DNA of 64,000 nucleotides from Saccostrea echinata. Lineage: Eukaryota. Of this stretch, positions 38,063-51,411 are shown in pieces. How positions within the stretch are numbered: position 1 is the first letter of the stretch; each line of letters begins with the position of its first letter. The position numbers and the translations under genes are program-made. The stretch lies in the NCBI RefSeq assembly GCF_033153115.1, contig NW_026889764.1:10230001-10294000 (forward strand), read 5' to 3'. The notes under the pieces were generated by a model, which saw nothing but the letters and a program-made list of their open reading frames with translations, was not told the DNA's origin and did no database searches.

Positions 38063-38177
38063 CTAATTAAAATTAAACCTTTCATCTTGCTCTTCGTAAA
38101 TCTATTTCAGTATTTGTCGCTTTCACGAGCGACAAATAGATTTACGAGAACGAGCTGAAAGGTCTAATTTTAATTAA
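38063..38177. repeat. Imperfect palindrome
   Basis: TAATTAAAATTAAACCTTTCA..CGTAAATCTATTT..TATTTGTCGCT is mirrored by AGCGACAAATAGATTTACG..TGAAAGGTCTAATTTTAATTA. Confidence 0.7.
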
Positions 38178-40157
38178 TTGTGGAAATTCACTCTCCATGA
38201 TACAGGCATTTACTTCGTATACAGCCCCTATCTTTCCACAGGGTACCTTATTCAATTTCAGGCACCCCCACGCTCATATTTATATTAATTTATCAATCAT
38301 TAACTTACTTTAAGTTTTTCACATGATATAGTTCGCATCAAGAGACCTTTTTCTTCTCTAACTTATCATTCCAGATGTCCTTTGTCAAGCCTCTCATTTG
38401 TTCCTCGGAAATTATCTAAGCACATTTAAGGAGGCCCAGTCTACTTGATCTGTGCATATGTTTTCATGCAGCGTTGTATCAGATACGTCACAGTACCCTT
38501 GAATGCCGACACAATTGAATGCAATAATCAGTTTAAATGAGGTCAAATTGCACTAAAACATTTCGCAATTCGTGCATGGTGGATTGCGCATGTGAAAAGC
38601 TTATACTCATTCTGGCATTTCTATCAGTACCTATGTTTTCATATAATTTTTTTTTTTTTAAATTAACAGTTTAACAAAACTTATTTAGGTAATATTGTCA
38701 ATTCCTATGTAGAGATTCAACAGATTTGTCTCCACGTTTAAAAATGACTGGAACTGAAAGGAAACATATTTATAGACTTTCTCTTTCAAAATATTTAATT
38801 AACATTTTTTGTTGAAAACTTACACATGTATACAGTAACTTGAATTTCTTTTATCATCTATGAGTCAGTTTAATGCAACCAAGAAAAATAAATAAGTTCT
38901 CTACATAGTACCATAATTATGAAACTAACTTTTTTGCCCTTTTAAAACCCTCCTCCTTTCCAGTAAAACCATGTTGTGTGTAAAATTAGATAGAATATGA
39001 AAAGAAAAATATTTCAAAATGTTAGAAGCAGTTTCTTTCACATAACACTCAGTATAAAAATCATTTGTTGATATTATGTAAATTTATGGCAACTTACAAG
39101 CATCTTACGTGTAAATGTTCAGTCCATTTTTGTGTTTTAATATGCTCCCTTTTAACTACAATAGAGGCAATCCCCAATTTTCCTTTCATTTTTAAAATGA
39201 GAAATGGCTATGTATATGATGTATGAAAAACAAAGTTTTTCACCCTTTAGTGTTTTTTATTTTTTAATTTCTTTATTAGGTAGTTTTAGCATATAATTGT
39301 GTGTAAAACCACCAAAAAATGGTCCATATTTTGAAATGGTAAATGGTCCCCATTTCATTACAGTCAAGACAAAATTTCATTTTGATTTTTCTAAGCATGG
39401 GACATACAAATGTATATCCAAAGTTTAAAAATATTTGCCGGACCATTTTTATAATTTTGATCTAGATTGGGCTTCATTAAAACTTTACACAAAATACATT
39501 ATCTTCTGGTTAGGGTTATAGAGTACGATACAACCAAAGACTTCCGAGCTTACTATGAAGTCTTTGGTTTTATCAGGTCTCTTTAAGCAAATTATGTCAT
39601 TTTAAAGTAAGTTTAACTTAATGATAGATGAAATAGTAGGGGATGTCGGAAATTGAATTAGATACCTTGTGGAAAATGAAAGAAGGGGGTGTCCTGTGTA
39701 CAATTATGAAATAAATGTCTGTGCTCCTTGTTCTCAAAATGCTTATATTGGACAGTGTTGGACCATATAATTCCAGTCTTCCTCCCTTGAAAATTTTGCC
39801 TTAGTATGCAAATTTCCCTTCATGGTTCATCTACCTATTTTGTTTTTCTCCATTACATGCAATGACTTCTATTGCTTAACAAAATATGTAGGACATCATT
39901 ATGATAAAGGAAATTTCTTTCTCTCAGATAATGAGAGAAATTGGTAGAGTAACTGGCTTTTAATCAAATATGCCAAGGAATGATGGTTAGTTACACTTCC
40001 AGCATTACTGTCGACATCTCTGATTACTAGATTTTTTAAAGAGGAAGATGATTTTATATGGATGGAAAGGGGCCCCCAGGGATAGTTTTTAAACATAAAA
40101 TTTTGTTTTGAATATAATTATTTTTCAGAGAATAAGCAGTGCTGTAACAGTTTAACC

Positions 40158-42361
40158 ATGTCAGCCATAAAGAAATTTTTCCAAAAGAAGAAGTTAGATG
40201 TCAAGTTCAAGAAGGCTGGAGAGGGACATAAATTGACAGATGATACAAGATCAGCACCCTCTTCATCACGGCCACAATCTGTTCAAACCCCAAGGTCAGG
40301 GCCGTCTGAGGAGGCAGCTCGAGCAGCTGAGGCAGCCTTAATGAGAACAACTAAAAACCAGACTAAATCAGGTACATTTTACAAAGTTTTTAAGAATTTA
40401 TGGAATGTATAGCTAATATATCCACATTTTACAACACTGTTTATTTTGAAGCATTAAAAAGTATTGGGCATACTATCTAGACAAGTGTATAGTTATTGTA
40501 ACACAATGCTTCCTAAGCACTCGAGTATCTCTTACAAATTTAGCATTGATTTCATCTGTAATGTCTGATACTGATACTGTTTGTATATGTATTTACAATA
40601 GTGTGCTCAGTTTTTATCCATGATGATGCATGATCATAACATTAGTAGAAAAAATTTCTTGCAGAACAAGTCCTCAGATTAACATACAAAAAGTTTGTTC
40701 TTAAAGTTTCAGTTTTATCTATGGACAATCTGATGCAGTTATTTAGAATCACTTGGCATTCTTGAAGAATGAATTTTTGTTTGTGCTGTTTTTGGTAGAC
40801 CCAAACTACATTGCTAAAGCAAGAATGAGAAGGGAGATGGAGGAGGAGAAAAAAGCTGCAGAACAAGCGATGAAGCTGGCGAGCCAATACAGGGAGGAAC
40901 CAAAGGAAATTGTCAAGGACTCCGCCCCTGTACTAAACAGTATACTCTACACCTGCCCTGATATAGGTAAAGAATAAAAATATTCTCAGGGAATTCAAAA
41001 TTAGTAGTCTCCCAATGATTTTTGGTGCCTATAAGCTGCTTCTGTATTAGCTCATTTATCATCAGGCTTCAGGGCCATAAAACTGAGATGTGCTCACTTT
41101 TGATCTCAGTCTCAATTTTATAAAAGGAATTAATAATCAGTCTCAATTTTACAAAAGGAATTAATAATAGAAAAGTGAGACTGAGATAAAAAATAAGCTC
41201 GTCTTAGTTTTATGGCCCCAAATCCAGAGGTTCATATCTAAGTTTTAGATACATGCAAACTATGTGCATCTTAAAAAATAACTTACAGTGCAAAAAAAAA
41301 ATTGAAGGTGCGTCTTCTCTTTCAGCAAGATGACTGCAGAACGTATTAAAAAAAATGTAGAATTTACATGTAAATATCCAACCTTTGACCTATGCAATTT
41401 ACCATCTAGAGACTTGTTATTTTCAGGACCTGCAGTTTTGCCAAAAGAGGAGATGAATAAATACATCCATGAGTTTTTACTGTCTCAGCTAGCAGAGGAG
41501 CCAGCAATGGCTTCCGCCCTCATGATCCAAACATTAAACAAGGACAAAGAGAAAGTGAAAGTATGTGTAGAAACTCTGACAAAATACCTTGACAATCTCA
41601 TTAATAACCCATCCGAAGAAAAGTTCCGCAAGATAAGACTTTCCAACAAAGCCTTCATAGAGAGAGTGAGAAATCTGGCTGGAACAGATGAATTTTTACA
41701 AGCTGTTGGCTTTACAATTAGAAAACTGCCTTTTGAAGATGGAGAGACTGATTTTTATGTGATAGAAGAGGAGGTAGCAAAAGACTCAGGTTGTCTAGAG
41801 AATATAAAAGAAATTCTTTTAACAGCAGAGCCCATTAGGCCACAACTTGATAGAAATTTAAAGGTCTACCATCCCTCACCTTCAGCATCCAGATTTAACA
41901 TTCCTGATGAGTTTTACAACATCTCACCAGCAGAGCTCAAGCGAGAACAACAAGCACGTCAAGAAGCCACAGAAAAACTAGGAATGTTGCGTACCAAGGC
42001 AATGCGGGAAAGGGATGAGAGAAGAGAACTCACTAAATATCGCTTTGTCCTAATCAGAGTCCGTTTTCATGATGTGCTTTTGGAGGGCACTTTTAAAGCT
42101 AATGAACCATTTTCCTGTTTAGTTGATTTTGTGAGAGAGAATTTAGAGCATGACTGGATTCCATTTCACTTGAGTTCATCTGGTGGACAAAAACTGACAG
42201 ATCACTCTTTGACATTTGCAGAGTTGGGTCTGGCCCCTGCCGCTGTGGTTAACTTCTCCTGGGACAAGGAGGTGATGGAAGAGGTCAAAGCTCAGCAGGG
42301 GAACAAAGGAAGCAACTCATCATTAAAACAAGAGCTTATGGCAAGAATTCAAGACTTGTAA
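40158..42361 (+). CDS. UBXN6: UBX domain-containing protein 6 (UBXD1; VIM-PUB-UBX p97 cofactor), 438 aa
   Basis: Exons 40158-40371, 40799-40966 and 41427-42361. N-terminus IKKFFQKKKLDVKFKKAGEGHKL, VIM-like AARAAEAALMR, PUB domain (YLDNLINNPSEEKFRKIRLSNKAF) and UBX domain (YRFVLIRVRF...LGLAPAAVV). Confidence 0.95.
41072..41219. mobile_element. Small palindromic MITE in UBXN6 intron
   Basis: GGGCCATAAAACTGAGA ... TCTTAGTTTTATGGCCC inverted ends. Confidence 0.7.
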
Positions 42362-44558
42362 TGTTTAAAAAAAATTATAAGGATTATGTACACAAGTAGA
42401 AACAGCATTTATCGGAGAATAGAATCAATTTCTTTCATAAGATTTGTTACAAATTTAATGAGATGGCTTGAACCAACTGTTACTGTATTTTGATGTTGAA
42501 TTTTTACTATTTGAAAATGTTTTATTATGTGGGAAAGTATTATCAAAAGTTTTCTATAATATTTAAATGATTAAAAGTACTTGTACATGTAGCAATGATA
42601 AGTTGATAATCTGAGCCAAACTTCTTGTTTGCATGTTATTTTCTCATCATCTTTTAACTACTGAAACACAGAAGTGAACAGTTTGATAAAGTATCTAAGC
42701 TAGTCAGATGGGATTTTTTTTAATGTTTTAATTCATTGAAGCATAATATCAAAGCTATTCATTGCCATGCAAAACACAATTGTTTATGAACAACATGAAT
42801 AAATAAAATAATATTAAGGTAGTCCGCTCCTCAGGTTCTGAAAATCAGGTGTTGAATAATTTAAGAATTAAAATGCTCACAAAAATATCTCTGAATTCTC
42901 AAAGTATTTACCCATAGTAAATCTCAAATAAATTTTCAGAATATGCAAATAAAAAGACCTACTATGAATTTTCTAATTGAAAATTGATCAACTAATATAT
43001 TTTAGGATAAAAAAAAAATATAGATATCCTGTCATTTGATGAAAATTGCATGATTTTTACACTTATACAGTACTTAAGTTTCTTCTGTTTACTTCAATTT
43101 ATTTTATAATGCATAGTGTTATAAAGCGTTTCCTATCATTGCAAAACACCATAAACCACTTCTAATTTCATATCATGCAAATAAACATTGGAATCTAAAG
43201 ACTTTATTAAAGGAAATTGGATTTCTGTGAATATGTAATTTTTTAAAATACTTTTATGGGGTACAAACATCAACTTTTAAAAGACCGTTTCTAAGACTTC
43301 AAAAAACCTTGAATCACACTGAGATGCATAAAATGAAAATTGTTGCGTGAAAAGATTTCAATTTCAAGCTTTAATTTGAGACTTTTTGAATTAAATAATA
43401 AATTAGAGTTATCTTTCCTGGCCGAGGAGCGGCTATTCAGAATGAGTGCTTGAACCTTTCAAACTTCTTCAAATAACTGAATAAATCTCTGAAATGCATG
43501 TACCATTAAGGATAAAATTGTTCATTATTATATTAATTATTTTCTTTAAGTTCTTTTAATTATTTGTGGTAGAGTTTCTTTTATTGTACAGAACATGCAG
43601 AATGTATAATTAAACTTTAGCTGTATTAATGGTGATTCTTAGTACAGCCTGCACATGTTTATGAATAAATTATGTTCATGATTAAAATGTTACTGTCTTG
43701 TCATAATAATTGGTAGATTTCCACATATAGAATTCAAGAACGAAGCAATTACAGGGCTTTTCCGACCATGAAATATGAAAACATCGTTTAAACACACACA
43801 GGAACAAAGATAAGAAACATGGATTTTTAAACAATTCCTTCAAAACTTTTCTCCAGCAAGAGATCATTAAATATTCTCTACAATTCGTATTCGTAATAAT
43901 ATTCCCTTGGGGGTCCGTCTAAAAAACACAAGAAGCTTGAAATTCATTTTAAGATAGAAATGTAGCATAGATCTGAAAAAAAAATATTGATTGTGACTTA
44001 CATATTGAATTTAAATTTGGAACATGTTTCCAACTTTAAGCGGAATGATGACCCTTGGATTAATGTTGAATTGGTTTGAGCTTTTTCATGTACATGTAGT
44101 ATTGACACATATAGATCCATATTGGAGAGTTACTACTAAGTATATTAAATGTAAATGGTATAGAATGTCATTTTTTAGAGAAATGGCAGACAAATACAAT
44201 ACAGATAATATATAATTTTATGATCTTGATACTGACAAAATTTCCCGTACTATGCATAGTTGGTACTGCGTCATGCGAGTGCATATCGGTTTTAAAGGAG
44301 ATGGGCGAACTAGTCGAGAAAAAATGCTTATGGTTCGAAAGTGAAAAATAAAATCTCAAGTATAATATTTTCTGTGATATTTCAGTTAACATTAACGTAT
44401 ATACTTATTGTAAAATATCAATAATTTGCAACAATCTCACAAATAATTCGTCTATGAAATAGCACGTACGCACCAAAGAGGGCAAAAATGATCATTTCGT
44501 CACACTACAACACAATTTTTGATATAGACGTGCGTCTGTTGGGTGCAAGTCCCAGGAA

Positions 44559-44589
<31 letters not shown>

Positions 44590-45255
44590 AGAAAATTTGT
44601 CTACAGAAAAGTTTTGTTTGTCATAATTGTATACCTTTAAAAAATTAGAATTTGTTCATAATACTTAGTTCACAAATTGAATTTGATTTTTATGTATTTG
44701 AAGCTTTAGGATCTAAGAGGAAAAGTAGACAACAATAGTACAGATACGTAACTAGATTGATCTTGACACCGAGACAAAATTTCCTATGCTCTTAATGAGA
44801 CTACTTCATACTGATTTGTATTGGTGTCCAGCTGCAATAGTGAAGCTCTCTATTTTATTTTTTCGGAGAGGAGTCCTATACCAAAAACGTCATATTAAAA
44901 AAAAATGGTGAGGACAGCATTTTTACAGCTAATTGGTATCCAATTTTTATTTTTATAAGACAACACTGACAGTTATTTATGGTAGACTCATATAATATGC
45001 TTTCACTTACACAATCGTATATTCAAAACAATTAATGCACTCTATAGTCGGTCTATTCTCCAGATGCATATTGCACCATACTTCTTCGAAACACCTTTAG
45101 TGTTCAAAGTGTACAAGTATTTGCAGGAAACTCAAGAAGGTCAACAGTTATCACCCAGCTGGTAAATACTGGCCTGTGTTTCAGAGTTAACAGCTTCGTT
45201 TAGATACTGCAGAACTCAACGGAAAGTCCTCTTTTCTTAAGTTTCACTCTGTGTG

Positions 45256-48200
45256 TCAGGTGGATATGCAATGTTTTATATCCTCATTATCTGCACCAAT
45301 TTTCATCAGAAGTCTGTTCAGCTGCGAACGAGTGGAGTTTTCTTTTTGCAGAAGATTTGGAAAGGTGAAAATGTTTTTGAAAGAAATATTGGCAAGATGT
45401 CTGCTAAAACTTGAGGGAACTACGACATTAGCCTCAAACTGAACACCGGTGTACTCTGGCGAGGAAGCATCATTCGTGTACATATTGCTGTTCATTTGAG
45501 AGAGTAAATACTTGACAATATCTGAGTATGGAGATGACTGAAGTATTTCACACGAATCTGATTCGAACACTCTCGTCAGTTCACTGGTGAATACTATAAC
45601 TATGAAGTCACATGTTTTCAGCTTCTTGTGTGCCCAATCGTACATGTTCTGATTAACATCCTTCAAATGATCAATGAAGCATACAACACTAAATTTAGGA
45701 ACACTTTTTAGTATATTGCGAAAGTGCACAGAACACGACTCGTTCGGCGCAATGTCTATTATTAGGATTTCTTTTTTAGACTGTGGCGTGGAAGTCTCGA
45801 TCACAGAAACAAGTGGTTCACTACTATAGGATTCAGACGTTCTCCCTTCCGAGGTTCTTGATCTTCCTGTTGTAAGACAATATAATATACTGTTATATAC
45901 TATAATAAGAAAATATAATATACCGTAATTTACCATAATAAGAAAATATAATATACCGTAATATACCATATAATAAGAAAATATAATATACCGTAATTCA
46001 CACAATAAAAGTATAAATAAAGTATGGCAAAAATCTGTGTCAAACACAACAGTGCAAAATATTTGCGCTCTACGTTGAAATTAAAAATGAGACTATGCTT
46101 TAATAAATTTCAAATAATTTTCTTTAAATTAAAACTTACGTTTATGGACAAAAAACACAATAAATGTGACTACTGCACAAATTACAATGACCACGGGAAT
46201 GATGAAGTATAGAACACGCGTAGAGGGCGTCGACCTCTCGGTGCTGACATTTTCTCTCCCAGAAGGGTGTATATAAGAGATAGGGCTGTCTATCCGCGGT
46301 GTGTCTACAAAGTAATGTCAGAGTCATTCTACAGTTCTCATTTTATTTTAAAATAAGATTTTGTATTGTTAGGCATACCAATATGCAGGGGAAAACAAAG
46401 CATTCCTTTAAAAAAAATATTAAGAGGGGATGGAGGATAGACTGGGGTAGAGTTCTTTTGTCGGTTTGAATTTAATTGCCATCAAGAGTTTGGAAGAAGG
46501 GGGGTCGACAAAGAAAAAAAAACCGAGTATTGCAGGCTAGATTTTTCCCTTTTATCATGTAAAAGACTTGACATATTTGTGCAGTGTTGGTTCATAATTT
46601 TGAATTTAATTACTGTCTCAGTGAAGAATGACTGTACTGGCTGACGAACAGTTCTCGGACATTTCTGCTTTGCTAAATATTTGGTAAAAATGCTGAAAAG
46701 TGTTATTCAAAAATTAATAAGTTATTTATAAAACCCACGTTTAAACATATATACTTCTTTACGTTTAGCATATACAAAAAGACAATTAAATACATGATAA
46801 TTTCCAAATATATTAAGCCGGAATATGTACCAGTTCTCGAATGCTTTTGTATCGTTTTTATTTAATTCCAAAGTCAATCCGCAGATTCTTTCTTCTTTTT
46901 TCGGTTCATTTAATTGAAAAAAATCTGGAGGGGATATAGCATACGCTTTAAATCAGAAATTATTATTTGACATAAATTTCTTATCTAAGCTTGCTTTAAC
47001 AATGTCAACTTTTCACAGAGCTAGTAAGGTAATAAAGAATACAGCGCTTATTTCCGCAAAGTCTTGAACCTATGTTTTCTTTTTGCAGATTTTTTTTTTT
47101 TTTTTTGGGGGGGGGGGGGGGGGGTCGTTGTATCACACACAGTTCCAATACATACAGATAAACGGTCACCGGCGAGTAGGCTTTAACTTACAAAACAGTT
47201 TAATGTATGAACAATCCTCGCATGGAGATGGGATCCATTTGTGCTTCGAGTCACAAGACAGATAAACCTGTTAAAAAAGCGTTTTATCAGTATCATAATA
47301 ATAAATATACATATTACAGGTGAACTAATGTCAGGTACAAAAAATAGTCAATATTAGAATAAAAAGTTCATCAATAACCAGCTTCTTGCTACAGTCAGGT
47401 TAAAATCAAGATCTAATGTTTCTACAACGTTTCTCTTTATAACATAGAGACCTATATAGAGTGTTAAATTGGAAAGATGAAATGTACAAAAAATATAATA
47501 ACTGAGCTTAGTATCTTAATTTTACCTGAAATATCTGGACTTGGCTGTTGTTTAGTCCGTTCGCCTCAAAATATTTTTCACATACCGTAGCATTTTCCTG
47601 TAAAAGATACGCTATTTAGAGAACTCTTGCATGTTTGTCATTTTTAAAAACAAGACACATTTTCGTATTCCATCTGAAAAGCAAAACATAATTTTTTTTT
47701 TAACTTTCGGTAAGCGAAACACCATCTTACAGCGCAGATGATTTCCCCCATGGGAATCTGTTTGTTATTATGTTTGAGATATACGTCGAATCTGGCGGAA
47801 ACAGCCAACAGAAGGGAAAGACTTTTCCAGAAAACTTTTTGAAGCAGAGCCAGTAGCACAAAACCGTTATCTGTCTGTCTGACTACCACCTGGAAACACC
47901 CACACAAGATGTCAGGGAGTCTCCACTCTATTGAAGAAATTTCCAAAATCAAAATTAAAACTATAGATTTTTGACAAAATCAAGATCCCTCCAGTATTCA
48001 GAAATGGAAAGTATACTTTATATACACTGTACAAGTTGCAGATTTATTCCCAGTAAAAAAAATATATATTTCAATATTGATACTTAATATAACAAAGACG
48101 TTGATTACCCTAAATTGTAATTGCAGGAATATTACTAGTATTTTAGTGAGCCCTTTTACATAAACTAAATTCTGAAATGTTCATTCAATTGCAATCAACA

Positions 48201-48359
48201 TATTGATGAATAGTAGATTATGTAACCTTGTATTTCTTGTTGGTCGGAACAGAGAGGGGTTTTTAGAGCAGTACTGTTCTCTGTCCCCAGAAGTGTCACT
48301 ATGTTACACGGGAAACAAAGCAACAACAGCAAGGTTTTCATCGACCAAGGTTTTATCAT
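45256..48359 (-). CDS. Type-I membrane receptor with SEFIR/TIR-like cytoplasmic domain (IL-17R-like), ~417 aa
   Basis: Phase-consistent exons 48359-48227 (signal peptide MKTLLLLLCFPCNIVTLLG), 47927-47731, 47597-47526, 47267-47192, 46304-46140 (TM VLYFIIPVVIVICAVVTFIVFFV) and 45866-45256 (KEILIID...MYDWAHKKLKTCDFIVIVFTSEL). Confidence 0.78.
45880..46000. repeat. Intronic minisatellite, ~36-bp unit, about 3 copies
   Basis: ATAATAAGAAAATATAATATACCGTAAT repeated. Confidence 0.8.
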
Positions 48360-48821
48360 CTTCCTAGAATAACATACATGCATATTTAACACTTGTTTTG
48401 GTATTAATGAAATCAATTAATTGTAATTTAATTTAATTAAATTTTATTCCGATGGAGTATAGCTTAATTTGTTTTACTGAGCAATACAAAGAATAATTTC
48501 AAAGAAGAATTGTGTATATTCTAATTTTGATTTTTTTTTTTTTTTTTTTTTTTTGGTGGATATCTATTGTTTCGTTTACTTCTTTTTTCCTTTTTAGCTT
48601 ACTTTTTCGACATTTTTCTTTACAATAAAATTTAATTCGAAAAGAGATATTGCTATATTGAGAAATAACATTAATGATTTAAGAATCGTAAGAAAAAAAG
48701 ATGTTGTTTCAAGTCGGTTTTTACATTTAAAAGAACATTAAATGTTGTTTCGAACAGAGACATATAATAATCTCTTACATGTCTCTGTTTCGAAGAGGGC
48801 TTTTAATAGATACATATATTC

Positions 48822-49090
48822 CAGGCGCTGATCCAGTAATTTTTTCCAGGGGGTTCACCCCAGTGAAAAAATAAATCCAAGCCAGAAATTTCTTGACAAG
48901 CAAAAACAAAAAACAAACCAAAACAAACAAACAAACAAAAAACAAAAAAAAAAAACAAAAAAAAAAAAAGGGGGGGGGGGGTCTAAGGTCACTTTTAGTT
49001 GGTTTGGTATTTGCATTTTTAAATAACTCGGCAAATTCCAGGGGGGTGTCCGGAACCCCCCCCCCCCGACCCCCTCTAGATCCGCGCATG
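48822..49090. mobile_element. MITE with homopolymer interior
   Basis: Imperfect TIRs CAGGCGCTGATCCAG / CTAGATCCGCGCATG. Confidence 0.6.
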
Positions 49091-51411
49091 TATTCAATAT
49101 TAACGGTCTTAATTATGGTATGTATGAATAATGACTGCATTTAATTCCCATCAAAAATAGATGTTACAAGTATTCCTTATCATATATTTTTCAATCAAAT
49201 GTTAAAAACGCAATGATTTGTCATGTTAATTGTATCCAACTTTAGACTGAAAATTAATAAACGACAAAAGAAATTATTTGATTGTCTTACCTCATAACAG
49301 TTCAGTGTTAAATAAAAACAATCTTTTCCTCGCTCTACGTCAGAACAGCCCCCGTTTTTGACAGCTGGCCCGTGGGCATATATCAGGGTCTGTATCATAT
49401 ACTATGCTAAAACAGCTGTGACTGAAGTCATGTGTTCGTTTTGGCTCTAGGTTTACCGAAGAAGGTGAAAATGTGCGTGTCATCGCTAAAACCAATATAG
49501 CTGATGAATGACAAAGAAGGAAAAAATATCATTTTTACAGAGACAGGCATAAAATATATCACAAAAAGATAGACCAGTGCCGAACTGATTAGAGAAATTA
49601 CGACGAGGCCCATTACTACAATTTTCTTTTGGATTTCATATATGATGTTTTGAAGGAAAAAAAACGGGAAATGATATTCCTAATCGTTATCAGAAACTGG
49701 GGCATTGATTGTGAAACTCTATATTCCCATTAGTACTATCTGTCTCAGAAAACAGTCATAAAGTCATACATCGGAAACGGAATGATATTCAAGGACAGAC
49801 TAGAATATGAAACCTCTTTTTTGAAATTAAACTCGGTCATGGAAAAATGTAAACAATCACACTTGGTCATATCATGTGCTGGTCCCCCTCAATTCTAGTG
49901 AATTTTCGATTCAATCTAAACATGTGTTGCCAATAAACATGTATCCGATGTCGTTTTAAACGAGTAAATCGTCCTTCTTGGTACACAATAAAAATTCCAA
50001 TACAGGGACTATTACGGTGAAAAGCGTATTCACTACAAAAGCCGAGACATTAAACGCTGTGGGGGGAACGATTAAGGAATCGACTATTTAAGCAAAAATT
50101 GGACATATTGAATGCAGATTCGCATTCTATTTATGGTTCTATATATAAATAAAACCAGTTTCATTCCACGATTATGAAAGCACAATATGCATAGTTTCTA
50201 TTAAATGTTATTTTAAAAAACGGTTTTCAATTCACAACTCTAATATATAGGGTTTTCAATTTACAACTCTAATAGAATAATGTCAAACTACTCCGAGAGT
50301 TGAGGACTTAATTTTGCCTTTACTGCCACCCGGTAAATTAGATAAAATTACATGACGGTATATTGTAAAGGAATTTCAATCGATGTACTTTAGGATACAT
50401 TGCCATCTTAATCACTTTAAAGAATGTATTCTGATTCATATTTGATTTCACCAAGCTTTGAATCCGTGACATATATTTTAAAGAATGGCCACGAAATAAA
50501 TAACATTATGGCTAGTTTTGTGTTATCCTCTTTGAATTAGAACTCTTTAATTTGACTGTTCTTGGACTGTATATGATTGTATTAGCATTGAAGATGCATA
50601 CAAAATTAATACCAAAAAAAATAGAAGCGTACAAGACTAGGTTGTCTACAAAATACCCAACAAATCCATATAATAATAGGAAAAATGAGTTTTCTAGCCA
50701 TAAACTATTATCAAGTAAAGAAGAAAAAATCAAGTTCGTAAGTCATAATTTAAAAAAAAAATGCAATTTCTTATATTTAATACAGAGCTCTGTTTAATAA
50801 TTTTAATGGTCATGAACCCCCGACCCCCATCCCTCTTTATTGCATACTGTTTCAAGTTCTGCTTAGCTCCTAAATAAAAGGTTATTTATAATTTCTGACA
50901 TACATCGAGTTTTTTTTTTCGATCCAATTCAACCTTCGAAGTCTGATTTCCCTAATCTGTTTAAAACGCTTACACACAAAGAAACAGCGAATATTTAACT
51001 ATAAGTAATGGTAGACGATTCAGTATATAAGATGTACTTTACGGTATTGACTAATTCTTTGTAAGGTTAAGATATTAAGGTCACAATAACTGATTTATAT
51101 ATGCCTCATGAAAAAAAAAAGAAAAATATTTTGTACTTACTGAAGGACACGTTTCATCGGGTAAACAGAAATAAATAACAGAGAGCTATAAAGGCTACAC
51201 ACCATTCATCTCATTTTAATATCATGCTGTTCTTCAGCAGGTTAAATAGATTTTCACCTCTCGATATGCTTCAATTCCTTTTTAAAATTCTTTCGACACG
51301 CTGTTATTGATCTAATAGCGTATTTACAATCATGGTAGAATTTTAAATTAGAAAACCAGTTATCAGTTTTGACGTGCTTTCATAATTTGAACCTCGGATT
51401 GGGATAAACAT

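Noticed and set aside
41330-41426. N-terminus of the 343-aa ORF
   Set aside because: Intronic. The exon begins after the acceptor at 41426.
42814-43440. Possible TTAA-type transposon
   Set aside because: Only a short imperfect inverted match, and no right-hand TTAA TSD.
45867-46047. Hydrophobic N-terminus of ORF 45256..46047 resembling TM helices
   Set aside because: It is translated intronic minisatellite. The true TM is in exon 46304-46140.
48775-49144. Poly-Phe/poly-Lys ORFs
   Set aside because: Artefacts of homopolymer tracts inside a MITE.
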